A stretch of DNA of 64,000 bases from Acidobacteriota bacterium (GTDB lineage Bacteria > Acidobacteriota > Terriglobia > 20CM-2-55-15), in assembly GCA_003223875.1 (NCBI GenBank), contig QHWY01000105.1, forward strand, positions 9,441-73,440, in the 5' to 3' direction. A program made the position numbers and the translations under genes. Positions 35,580 to 44,472 of the stretch are shown in pieces; position 1 is the first letter of the stretch; each line of letters starts with the position of its first letter. The notes below the pieces were generated by a model. The model saw nothing but the letters and a program-made list of their open reading frames with translations. It was not told where the DNA came from and did no database searches.

Positions 35580-37238
35580 ATGGCCAAGAAAAACGACTCT
35601 TTCAATCCAAGCCGAAGAAAATTCATTAAGGGCGCCGCCCTCACTGTCGGCACGACCGGTCTGGCCGGCGCTGGCCAGGAAGTCAATGCCGCGCCGCAGG
35701 CCCGAGTCCAATGGGACAGAACAGCGGATGTGGTCGTTATCGGAGCGGGAGCCTCGGGTCTGCCCGCAGCGATCATGGCGCGCGATCGGAGCGCCACCGT
35801 AATCCTCATCGATGCCAATCATGATATTGGCGGACACGCGATGTTGAGCGGCGGAAGAGTCCCACTGGGCGGCGGGACAAGTCTCCAAAAAAAATACGGG
35901 ATCGTCGATTCGGCGGATCAGGTTTATCTGGACCACACGAATCACAAGAACCGCGAGGTCCGGTATGGTGATAGGGATCTTGTCCGGATGTGGGCCGACG
36001 AGAACGTCGCCACGTTCGAATTCCTCATCGAAAATGGCGTCAAGTTCGTCGATGAAAAACCCGAAGTGGTGAATGGAGGAGAAGTCCCTCGTCTTTTCGT
36101 GGCGAAGGTATATTCGGACGATCTTAGTGAAACCATCAACGGGAGACCGGGGTCGGGTCTGGTGCGTCCCTTGGAAAAAAGCGCACGAGCCAAGGGAGTG
36201 GAAATTCTCCTGAAGCACCGCATGACCAAAATCATCAGAGAAAATCCGACTTCGGGAAGAGTGCTTGGAATCACAGCCGTCTTCGAAAACAAGAACGTGA
36301 ACATCCGCGCGCGGAAGGGTGTGATCATCGCGACCGGCGGCCATACGAGCAATGTCGCTTTTCGCAGGATGTTTGATCCGCGGCTGACCGAAGAATACCA
36401 GGTTGCAGGTGAACCTTGGACGAAACAGAACGCCGACGGAGAAATGCTAGCGATGGACATCGGCGCCTCACTTTGGGCGACATCCAATCAGAGTAACGAG
36501 GGCGGCCGTGGCGTGACCAAGACACGTCATATTGGAGTCCGTTATGGTTACGAGAATCTCAGATGGGAACCCCAGAGCCCGATGTTTGCGCAGGCCGGCG
36601 GTTCCGGACTCACGGTTCGCAGTTTTCAGAATCTGATCCTGGTGAACCAGATGGGGCAGCGATTCTGGGACGAGATGGACAATTCATACGCGTTTCTTTC
36701 CGCTTGTCTCGGAACCAACGGCAATCTCGGACGCGACGGAAAGGCAAACGGCGGCGGGCCAATCTGGGCGATCTTCGACTCCGACGCTGTAGCACGCGAG
36801 AAGTGGGATCCCAAACCTCCAAATGTGGATCTGAACGGATGGTTCTTCAGTGCGGACACTATCGGGGAATTAGCCGGCAAAATCAAAAATCCTTATCAAA
36901 GGCACCCTGTTTCACCCAGCGTGCTGGAGCAAACGGTCAATAAGTACAACGGCTATGTGGATGCAGGAAAAGACTCGCAGTTCGGAAAGCCAGGTCCAAT
37001 GTACAAGATTCAAAGACCACCGTTCTACGCGGCATGGTCCACGCCTATCCTTCACGACACGCTGACCGGCCTCAAGATCAATACGAAATGCCAGATCATC
37101 GATCGCAATAACCAGGTCATCCCTGGCCTGTACGCCTGCGGGGAATCGGCCGGTGGATTTGCTTTGCACGGGCTGCCGAGAGTTACCGTCTTTGGCCGTG
37201 TCGCCGGCCGTGAAGCCGCAAGCGCCAATGCCTCCTGA
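35580..37238 (+). CDS. Tat-exported FAD-dependent oxidoreductase (flavocytochrome c/fumarate reductase/KstD superfamily)
   Basis: SRRKFIKG twin-arginine motif; VVVIGAGASG, IIATGG, LVNQ.G.RF.DE, IPGLYACGE. Confidence 0.88.
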   Translation: MAKKNDSFNPSRRKFIKGAALTVGTTGLAGAGQEVNAAPQARVQWDRTADVVVIGAGASGLPAAIMARDRSATVILIDANHDIGGHAMLSGGRVPLGGGTSLQKKYGIVDSADQVYLDHTNHKNREVRYGDRDLVRMWADENVATFEFLIENGVKFVDEKPEVVNGGEVPRLFVAKVYSDDLSETINGRPGSGLVRPLEKSARAKGVEILLKHRMTKIIRENPTSGRVLGITAVFENKNVNIRARKGVIIATGGHTSNVAFRRMFDPRLTEEYQVAGEPWTKQNADGEMLAMDIGASLWATSNQSNEGGRGVTKTRHIGVRYGYENLRWEPQSPMFAQAGGSGLTVRSFQNLILVNQMGQRFWDEMDNSYAFLSACLGTNGNLGRDGKANGGGPIWAIFDSDAVAREKWDPKPPNVDLNGWFFSADTIGELAGKIKNPYQRHPVSPSVLEQTVNKYNGYVDAGKDSQFGKPGPMYKIQRPPFYAAWSTPILHDTLTGLKINTKCQIIDRNNQVIPGLYACGESAGGFALHGLPRVTVFGRVAGREAASANAS

Positions 37239-37830
37239 AGATGTAGAAGCCGGAGAACACAAGGCGAGCATTGCGGTCTGGGAGCTCGTCTCTCCTCTGG
37301 TGATCGGCCGCACAACGAAAATTAAAGTGGGAGCGAAGTGCTCGGCCGGCTGTCAACTCACGGATCATGAAATCTCGATCCACGACGCTGCCGGCCAAGT
37401 GATCGCCCGCGCCGGTTTTGGTGCTACAGCTTGGCCGGGCACGAGCGGTCTCTATTGGGTGGACATCGAATTCCGCGCTCCCACGGAAGCCGGCACTCAT
37501 ACGTTTTCGGTCGAGTGCGAACACGGCGAGGCTTACTCCGAATTTAGCTTCATCACCGTCGAACCGCCCGAACACAGCCTGACAATCCAGATCTACGACA
37601 AGGCCACAAAAGAACCCATCCCTGAAGTGGAAATCCGGCTCGGTGTCTATCGAAGCATCAGCAATGAACGAGGCCTTGCGAGAATAGATGCGCCGAAAGG
37701 CAGCTACACCCTCACTGCTTGGAAGCTTGGATACGACCTCTTTTCAACCGAGCTCAATATCACCAGTACAGTCGCGATTGAGGTTGAAATCGCCGTTGAG
37801 CCTGAGCCCGCGCAGCCCTACTGGATGTAA
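37228..37830 (+). CDS. Hypothetical beta-rich protein with carboxypeptidase-regulatory-like C-terminal domain
   Basis: Start overlaps the flavoprotein stop; D..T.EPI...S.ERG....PKGSYTLTAWKLGY pattern; CSAGC. Confidence 0.65.
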   Translation: MPPEDVEAGEHKASIAVWELVSPLVIGRTTKIKVGAKCSAGCQLTDHEISIHDAAGQVIARAGFGATAWPGTSGLYWVDIEFRAPTEAGTHTFSVECEHGEAYSEFSFITVEPPEHSLTIQIYDKATKEPIPEVEIRLGVYRSISNERGLARIDAPKGSYTLTAWKLGYDLFSTELNITSTVAIEVEIAVEPEPAQPYWM

Positions 37831-38639
37831 ACCGCGTTCGGCCGTTCGTTCAGCTCGATGTAAGTTCCCCACGGATCGTAAATGAACGCGAGCGCGCCGC
37901 CGGTCTGCGGATTCCTCGTCAACGGACGATCGAGCTTGATGCCCGCTGCTTCGAGCTTTTTGCAGAACGCCTCGAGGTTCTGAACATCGAAGCCGATGTG
38001 ATCGAGAATGCGGCCCCTGGTCGTGACAGCCGGGCCGTCGGCTTTGGAAAACGTCAGGTTCACGCCGGGAAGATCGGCAGCCTGATTCTGTCCCCGCGTC
38101 CCGGGTTTCGCGCCAAACGTCTTTGCGTACCACGCCTGGATTTGCGGTATGACCGACTCGGGCACGTTGAAGTGGACGTGATGATGCTGGATCGGGAACT
38201 TCTGGTCCTTGTTTTCCAAGATCTCAATGCGCAATTCGTCGCCTGTCACTACAAACGCCTGATCGGTTCTGCCGTTGCCGCCGGGAAGGACCGGCACGCC
38301 CGCAGCTTTCCAAGCTTTGACGGATTCCTGGACGTTTTTCACAGTGAATCCGACATGGTTCACAATTGAACCCACGGTGCCGCCTTTCGGCGGTGGCGTC
38401 CCCGCTGCCTGGTGCAAAATCACGAGCACGCCGGGGAACCGCACGGTTTCAAAGTTTCCGCCTTTGACTTCGGTGCCGCCCATCGCAAGAAAGATCTTCT
38501 TATTTGCGGCGACATCCCGGCTATTGAGATGCCAATGGCCCATAGTCACACCGGCTTCATTTGGCGGGAATGCCTGTGCCCACGCGGTGCCGGCGGAAAA
38601 ACTCAAAATGAGACACAAAACTAGGATCAGTCTTTTCAT
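37818..38639 (-). CDS. Secreted tandem VOC/glyoxalase-family protein
   Basis: Signal peptide; GHWHL, NHVGF, HHVHF, DHIGF, DPWGTYIELNE. Confidence 0.85.
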   Translation of the reverse strand: MKRLILVLCLILSFSAGTAWAQAFPPNEAGVTMGHWHLNSRDVAANKKIFLAMGGTEVKGGNFETVRFPGVLVILHQAAGTPPPKGGTVGSIVNHVGFTVKNVQESVKAWKAAGVPVLPGGNGRTDQAFVVTGDELRIEILENKDQKFPIQHHHVHFNVPESVIPQIQAWYAKTFGAKPGTRGQNQAADLPGVNLTFSKADGPAVTTRGRILDHIGFDVQNLEAFCKKLEAAGIKLDRPLTRNPQTGGALAFIYDPWGTYIELNERPNAVYIQ

Positions 38640-38666
38640 CGTTTGCTCCTTGTCGGTAGCTCCAAC

Positions 38667-38770
38667 TGAGAATTGAAAATTGATTGATGAGTAATGATTA
38701 ATCGACTTGGTAAATCGCAGATTTTTAGAAGTGCGTTAATCATTCGTCACTAATCAATTCTCAATTCTCA
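38667..38770. repeat. AT-rich heptamer-based imperfect palindrome
   Basis: tgagaattgaaaattgatt...aatcaattctcaattctca. Confidence 0.7.
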
Positions 38771-38786
38771 TTTTGAGAAAGTCTCC

Positions 38787-40028
38787 TCAGATCTTCCAAT
38801 CGGGTGTTGCGATGTACGAGCGGTTGATATCCGCTACCGTGCGCGTTCCGCAATTGCCCATGACTAGCTTCAGCTCGCCCTGCAGAATCTCGATGACACG
38901 ATCGACACCTGCCTGACCGAAAGCACCGAGTCCCCATAGGAATGGCCGGCCTACGCCAACCGCCTTCGCGCCAAGCGCGAGCGCTTTGAATATGTCTGTT
39001 CCGCGGCGGAATCCGCCGTCCACGAAGACCGGAACGCGATTGCCGACTTCACCGACCACTTCGGGCAGCGCCTCGAGTGTAGAACGCAGCGTTTCGGTAG
39101 CGCGTCCGCCGTGGTTGGATACGAGAATGCCGTCGAAGCCATGCTCGATCGCCAGGCGCGCATCTTCATGCGTGTCGATGCCTTTGATGACGAGTTTTCC
39201 GCGCCAGAATTTTCTGAGCTGATCGACGAATTCCCAATCCATAGCAGGATTCGGAGCGCGCACGCCAGTCATATCGATACCTTTGAACATCGCGCGCTCG
39301 CCGACCGGCCCTGGAGGCTGACCCGAGCCGTGGTGGCATGAAGCGCATTGGGTCAGATCCTTCGGACGCGTGCGCATATAGGTTTCACTGTTGCGGCCGG
39401 TAATGTTATCAACTGTTAGCAACACGACTGTCGAACCGGCCGCCTGAACGCGCCGAAGCAATTGTTCGCACGCTTCCCACTTGCTCGGTGCATAGAGCTG
39501 ATACCAGACCGGACGCCCCAAAGCTTTGTTCACGTCTTCGATCGGCGTTGAAGTCATCGTCGAGAGGCACTGCAGTGTGCCGCGGCCGCGGGCTGCGCGG
39601 GCGACAGATACCTCGCCGTCCATGTAAAAGCCCCGCTCGCCGCCCGTAGGACACAAGAAAATCGGGCTGTCGTAAACGGTGCCGAACAATTCCACGCGCG
39701 TATCGACGAGAGTTGCATTGTGCAAGCGGCGCGGCCGTAGCTGGACGTGCTTGAAGATCTCACGATTCGCCCGGAGCGTCGCGTCATCGTCGACGCCACT
39801 GGCCATGTATGCCCAATGACCTGGGTGTACCTTCCGGTGCGCCGCTTCTTCGAAGTCCAACACGTTGAGCGCACTTGCCGGATCGTTGATGACCTCAGGA
39901 GTCTGCGCCGACGCTCCTGGGAGGCGCACGAAAGCACCTATTCCGCCGGCGGCTGCGACATAGGGACTCGCAGCCAAGAATTTGAGAAATTCGCGACGCG
40001 CTAATAGAGTAGAAGGATGGTTCTTCAT
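38787..40028 (-). CDS. Tat-exported FMN-dependent alpha-hydroxy-acid oxidase/dehydrogenase with CxxCH motif
   Basis: ARREFLKF; WYQLY, LTVD, IKGI, VSNHGGR, DGGFRRGTDIFKALALGA; CASCH at 39333-39347. Confidence 0.9.
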   Translation of the reverse strand: MKNHPSTLLARREFLKFLAASPYVAAAGGIGAFVRLPGASAQTPEVINDPASALNVLDFEEAAHRKVHPGHWAYMASGVDDDATLRANREIFKHVQLRPRRLHNATLVDTRVELFGTVYDSPIFLCPTGGERGFYMDGEVSVARAARGRGTLQCLSTMTSTPIEDVNKALGRPVWYQLYAPSKWEACEQLLRRVQAAGSTVVLLTVDNITGRNSETYMRTRPKDLTQCASCHHGSGQPPGPVGERAMFKGIDMTGVRAPNPAMDWEFVDQLRKFWRGKLVIKGIDTHEDARLAIEHGFDGILVSNHGGRATETLRSTLEALPEVVGEVGNRVPVFVDGGFRRGTDIFKALALGAKAVGVGRPFLWGLGAFGQAGVDRVIEILQGELKLVMGNCGTRTVADINRSYIATPDWKI

Positions 40029-40180
40029 GGGGGCTGATTCTAACTCCGATTGCCGTATTTGCGAAAGAATCGGCGCGATGGAATAATCGCCGCATGCGAT
40101 ATCTAACAATCTGTCTTCTGATAAGCGGTAATGTGTTGCTACAATAGCCGTTTTCACTAAACAAGGGGAGCCTGTCTGTA

Positions 40181-40744
40181 ATGATTCAAGCAACACAACT
40201 GCGCCGTGGAAACACAATTCTAATGAACGGCGAACTTTACCAGGTGGTGGATTATCAGCACATCACGCCCGGAAACTGGCGAGGAATGGTGCAAACCAAA
40301 CTACGCAAGCTGAGCACGGGAGCGATTATCGATCACCGGTTCCGCTCGGAAGACCGTGTCGAGCGGGCCGTGCTGGACGAACGCGAGATGGAATATCTCT
40401 ACAAGGATGGAACCGATCACTATTTCATGGATACCGAGAATTACGAACAAATCCATCTCAGCGAGGAAGTCCTCGGCGACGCAGTCAACTATCTGGTCGC
40501 AAATTCGAAAATCAAAGTCGATTTCTATGAAGGCAGCCCCCTAGGCGTGGAGCTTCCCATGACAATGGATCTTCGCGTTGTGGAGACTGATCCGGGAATG
40601 CCTTCTGCCACCGTCAGCAATGTTCTAAAGCCAGCCAAACTGGAAACTGGATTGGTCGTCGGCGTACCGCACTTCGTTCAACAGGGCGAGGTAATCCGCG
40701 TGGACACCGCTGAAGGAAAATACGTCGAGCGCGTCCGGGGTTAA
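40181..40744 (+). CDS. efp: Elongation factor P
   Basis: A..LR.G, H.TPG loop, YLY.DG..YFMD.ENYEQ, KPAKLETG, VDT..GKYVERV. Confidence 0.95.
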   Translation: MIQATQLRRGNTILMNGELYQVVDYQHITPGNWRGMVQTKLRKLSTGAIIDHRFRSEDRVERAVLDEREMEYLYKDGTDHYFMDTENYEQIHLSEEVLGDAVNYLVANSKIKVDFYEGSPLGVELPMTMDLRVVETDPGMPSATVSNVLKPAKLETGLVVGVPHFVQQGEVIRVDTAEGKYVERVRG

Positions 40745-40749
40745 GAATT

Positions 40750-40797
40750 AGCCATAAAGAGGCAAAGTCACCCAAAATGTTTCTGCCTTTTTGTGGA
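40750..40797. repeat. Degenerate GCCACAAA-family palindrome between convergent efp and selA
   Basis: gccataaagaggcaaa...tctgcctttttgtgg. Confidence 0.55.
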
Positions 40798-40802
40798 TTT
40801 TC

Positions 40803-42170
40803 TTATCCTGTAATCTTACGAATATTGGCGAGGAGATCGTCTTCGTCGGTCGTGAATATGGTTCGGAAATCCAGAACTACGCGGCCTTCTTCGAGTCTCA
40901 CAATAACGGGGGGATTGGAATTACGAAGGCGGCGTTCCAGTTCCGCATCCGAGAATCCGGGAAAATCCAGCGCGACCCCCCAGGACGGCACATAGGTTTC
41001 GGGAGCGGAGCCACCGCCAACGACCGACTTGAGCTCGACCGGCTTTGCGTTTCCTCCTACGCGCCGGGCAAAGGATTCGGCACGATTTTTGAGGTCGGCG
41101 GCGCTCGCCTGCAACATCCGCAAGACCGGAATCTCCTCCGTTTTGCCGCGTAAGTAAGCGCGGAGAACAAACTCCAGAACCGAGATCGTCAGCTTATCCA
41201 CACGCAGGGCGCGGAACAGCGGATTCTGCCGAATCTTTTCGACATAGAGTTTTTTCCCCGCGATGATGCCGGCCTGCGGTCCACCCAGAAGTTTGTCTCC
41301 ACTAAACGAAATCACGTCAATACCCGCATGGATGCTGCCGGCGGCAACGGGCTCATCAGCGATGCCGAGCGATCTGGGGTCGGCGACGCACCCGCTTCCC
41401 AAGTCTTCAAACGTCGGAATGTTGTGCCGCTTACCCAATTCAACAAACTCTTCCAGCGACGGCCGCTCCGTGAAACCCATCATCCGGAAATTGCTGGGGT
41501 GCACACGGAGCAACAGACGCGTATTGTCATTGATGGCCTTTTCGTAATCTTTGATGCGGGTGCGGTTCGTCGTGCCGACTTCGCGCAAGCGGGCGCCACT
41601 ACGCGCCATGATTTCAGGAATGCGGAATGAATCCCCAATCTCGATCTGTTCTCCGCGAGAAACGATCACTTCCCCACCTTCGCCCAGCGTGTTCAATACA
41701 AGAAGAACCGCGGCGGCATTGTTATTCACCACGATGGCCGCTTCGCACCCGACCAACTGGCGGAGGATTCTGTCGATGTGAACATCACGCTTTCCGCGCT
41801 TGCCCTGTTGCACGTCGAATTCAAGATTCGAATAGCCGGCGGACACAAGATGTAAGTGTTCAATGGCTCCCTCCGGCAGTGGCGCACGGCCAAGATTGGT
41901 GTGCAGAACAACGCCGGACGCATTGATGACACGCCGCAGAGAAGGCTCCAGCGACTCGCGTATGCGGTGCGCAACCTTACCGGCAATCGCGGAAGTCAAT
42001 TCGGCTCGAGACGCCGGAGATTTGGATTGCGCGAGGTCACGGCGCGTCTCACTAAGCACGTTATCGAGAATCTCCGTGACGAAAGGCTGGTCCACGATGT
42101 CGCGGAACGCCGCGAGTTCCTCCGCCCGAAGCACGTCGTTCACTGGTGGGATTTGGCGCAGCGCTTCCAT
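40803..42170 (-). CDS. selA: L-seryl-tRNA(Sec) selenium transferase
   Basis: [63 protein letters not shown]. Confidence 0.95.
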   Translation of the reverse strand: MEALRQIPPVNDVLRAEELAAFRDIVDQPFVTEILDNVLSETRRDLAQSKSPASRAELTSAIAGKVAHRIRESLEPSLRRVINASGVVLHTNLGRAPLPEGAIEHLHLVSAGYSNLEFDVQQGKRGKRDVHIDRILRQLVGCEAAIVVNNNAAAVLLVLNTLGEGGEVIVSRGEQIEIGDSFRIPEIMARSGARLREVGTTNRTRIKDYEKAINDNTRLLLRVHPSNFRMMGFTERPSLEEFVELGKRHNIPTFEDLGSGCVADPRSLGIADEPVAAGSIHAGIDVISFSGDKLLGGPQAGIIAGKKLYVEKIRQNPLFRALRVDKLTISVLEFVLRAYLRGKTEEIPVLRMLQASAADLKNRAESFARRVGGNAKPVELKSVVGGGSAPETYVPSWGVALDFPGFSDAELERRLRNSNPPVIVRLEEGRVVLDFRTIFTTDEDDLLANIRKITG

Positions 42171-42224
42171 AAATTTGGAGCCGCTATTTCAGCACACGAA
42201 GACTTGATTTACAATTGCCACTCA

Positions 42225-42827
42225 ATGTCGATGTTGATCACGCGCGCCGCGTTACTGTTTCTGTTTTCTTTACTCATTTTTCCGTTCGAAGCGGCCGCGT
42301 GGCCGCGATCGACACTGCCCAAAATTCTCCGCGACGCGGCGTTGCCCCTGCCAAAAAGTCTCAGCATGCTCTTAAAAGATTTTGAACCAATTATGTTGGA
42401 GCCGTGTCGAGACATGCCGGTGGAAGAAGCGGTAAACATCGCCGTTGCGGAATTGAAGAAGAAACGAGGCAATCTGGCCGCCTCGGTCGCCGCCATACGG
42501 GACGCCGGATGCGCGGTGGCGACATTAAATGATCCTCAGCTCGATTCGCTTGTTGCGGCTGAAGCCGCAAAGTTTGCGGTCGTTTTTTATGGGTATCATC
42601 AACTCATTACGGATGGTGACCTTGCAGGTTTCCTGAACGCCCGCCGGGAAGAGCGCGAGCGCCTGTTTACGCGGCTTCGGCGTTCTTCGGAACTGCCGGA
42701 CCGCAACAACGTGATCGAAACATCATCTCAATTTGGGATTGCCTCCATCGCGTATTCACACGCCGTCACCGATGTGGCAAATGTCTGGTATCTGATCTGG
42801 AAGACAGTGAACGGCGACCTGAAATAA
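42225..42827 (+). CDS. Secreted all-helical hypothetical protein (possible degenerate PLC/S1-P1 fold)
   Basis: Signal peptide ending AAA-W; C-terminal YSHAV.DVANVW..IW. Confidence 0.6.
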   Translation: MSMLITRAALLFLFSLLIFPFEAAAWPRSTLPKILRDAALPLPKSLSMLLKDFEPIMLEPCRDMPVEEAVNIAVAELKKKRGNLAASVAAIRDAGCAVATLNDPQLDSLVAAEAAKFAVVFYGYHQLITDGDLAGFLNARREERERLFTRLRRSSELPDRNNVIETSSQFGIASIAYSHAVTDVANVWYLIWKTVNGDLK

Positions 42828-42912
42828 TTCGGGGTCAGACGGGTGAATTCCCTATTTTCCTTATGGAATCTTTGATTGGAAAATAGGGAATTCACCCGTC
42901 TGACCCCGAATT
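42826..42912. repeat. Perfect 35-bp inverted repeat upstream of purH (GGGGTCAG REP-like)
   Basis: aattcggggtcagacgggtgaattccctattttcc-N17-exact reverse complement; a related half-site ctgtccccgaatt lies near 55969. Confidence 0.85.
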
Positions 42913-42922
42913 TGGAGATTTC

Positions 42923-44467
42923 ATGCGACGAATTGAACGCGCGCTGATCAGCGTGTATGACAAAACCGGAATCGTCGAATTTGCGAAGATGTTGGCCAGC
43001 CTCAAAGTCGAAATCATTTCTACCGGAGGTACATCGCGGTTGCTGCGTTCCAACGGTATTGCGGTGCGCGAGGTATCCGACCTGACGGGATTTCCCGAGA
43101 TCTTGGATGGGCGGGTGAAAACCCTGAGTCCGCGAATTGCAGGAGGCCTGCTTGCCATCCGCAACAACTCGGAACACATGAAGCAGGTAGCGGCACATGA
43201 AATCCCGCTGATCGATCTCGTATGTGTAAACCTTTACCCGTTTGTAGAGACCATCCACAAGCCCGGTGTGCAGTTTGACGAGGTCATTGAGAATATCGAC
43301 ATCGGCGGGCCATCCATGATTCGAGCGGCCGCGAAAAATTTTCAGGACGTGGCAGTTGTTACATCACCGGCGGACTACAAAATGGTTGCGGCGGCACTCG
43401 CCGAAGGAGGCGGCTTGTTCAGGCACGAAACGCTTTTTGATCTGGCGCGCAAAGCGTTTCTTTGCACTGCCAGGTACGATGCGCAGGTCGCGCAATACCT
43501 GTCTCATAGCGGACACGACAGCGCTTTTCCGCCAAACATCTTCATGGACTTCGAAAAAATTTCCGACTTGCGCTACGGTGAGAACCCGCATCAACGCGCC
43601 GGGTTTTACAAGTGGGGCGGCCGGCCGGCTTACGGGCTGGCTGCTGCAAAGCAGATCCAGGGAAAAGAACTCTCCTACAACAATCTGATCGATGCCGAAG
43701 CGGCCTGGAATCTCGTGTGCGAATTTGATTCCGCAGCCTGCTGCATCATCAAACACACGAATCCTTGCGGTACGGCGATCGCCGATTCACTGCGCGATGC
43801 GTATTTGAAAGCTTACGCAGCGGATCCCGTGTCCGCATTTGGTTCGATTATTGCTCTGAACAGAACGGCTGATGACGAGACTGCTACCGAACTGGCCAAG
43901 CTGTTCGTCGAAGCGGTGATTGCGCCGGATTATCGGCCGGAGGCGCTATCGATTCTCGCTGCGAAGAAGAATCTTCGGGTCTTGTCGATCGATCGCGCCG
44001 CCCTCTCTCAAGGGGAGACGGAAATGAGGAGGGTGTCCGGCGGCATTCTTTTACAAGATGTGGATAACGCTTTGTTTGGTCCGGAATCCAGAATCGTCAC
44101 GAAACGCCGGCCGACGGAAAATGAGCATCGGGATCTACATTTTGCCTGGCGTGTGGTCAAGCATGTGAAGTCCAATGCCATTGTTCTCGCTGAGAGCGGC
44201 CGCACAGTGGGCGTGGGAGCTGGGCAAATGAGCCGGGTGGACTCGGTCAAACTCAGTATTCAGAAGGCACAACCTACTGCCAAAGGATCCGTATTGGCTT
44301 CGGACGCTTTCTTTCCTTTTCGCGACGGAATCGATGAAGCCGGAAGAGCCGGCGTGACGGCAATAGTCCAACCCGGGGGCTCGGTCCGCGATGCTGAGGT
44401 TATCGAAGCAGCCGACGAGCATGGCATCGCGATGATTTTTACGGGTTTAAGACATTTCAAACACTAG
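42923..44467 (+). CDS. purH: Bifunctional AICAR transformylase/IMP cyclohydrolase
   Basis: [59 protein letters not shown]. Confidence 0.97.
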   Translation: MRRIERALISVYDKTGIVEFAKMLASLKVEIISTGGTSRLLRSNGIAVREVSDLTGFPEILDGRVKTLSPRIAGGLLAIRNNSEHMKQVAAHEIPLIDLVCVNLYPFVETIHKPGVQFDEVIENIDIGGPSMIRAAAKNFQDVAVVTSPADYKMVAAALAEGGGLFRHETLFDLARKAFLCTARYDAQVAQYLSHSGHDSAFPPNIFMDFEKISDLRYGENPHQRAGFYKWGGRPAYGLAAAKQIQGKELSYNNLIDAEAAWNLVCEFDSAACCIIKHTNPCGTAIADSLRDAYLKAYAADPVSAFGSIIALNRTADDETATELAKLFVEAVIAPDYRPEALSILAAKKNLRVLSIDRAALSQGETEMRRVSGGILLQDVDNALFGPESRIVTKRRPTENEHRDLHFAWRVVKHVKSNAIVLAESGRTVGVGAGQMSRVDSVKLSIQKAQPTAKGSVLASDAFFPFRDGIDEAGRAGVTAIVQPGGSVRDAEVIEAADEHGIAMIFTGLRHFKH

Positions 44468-44472
44468 CTCAT

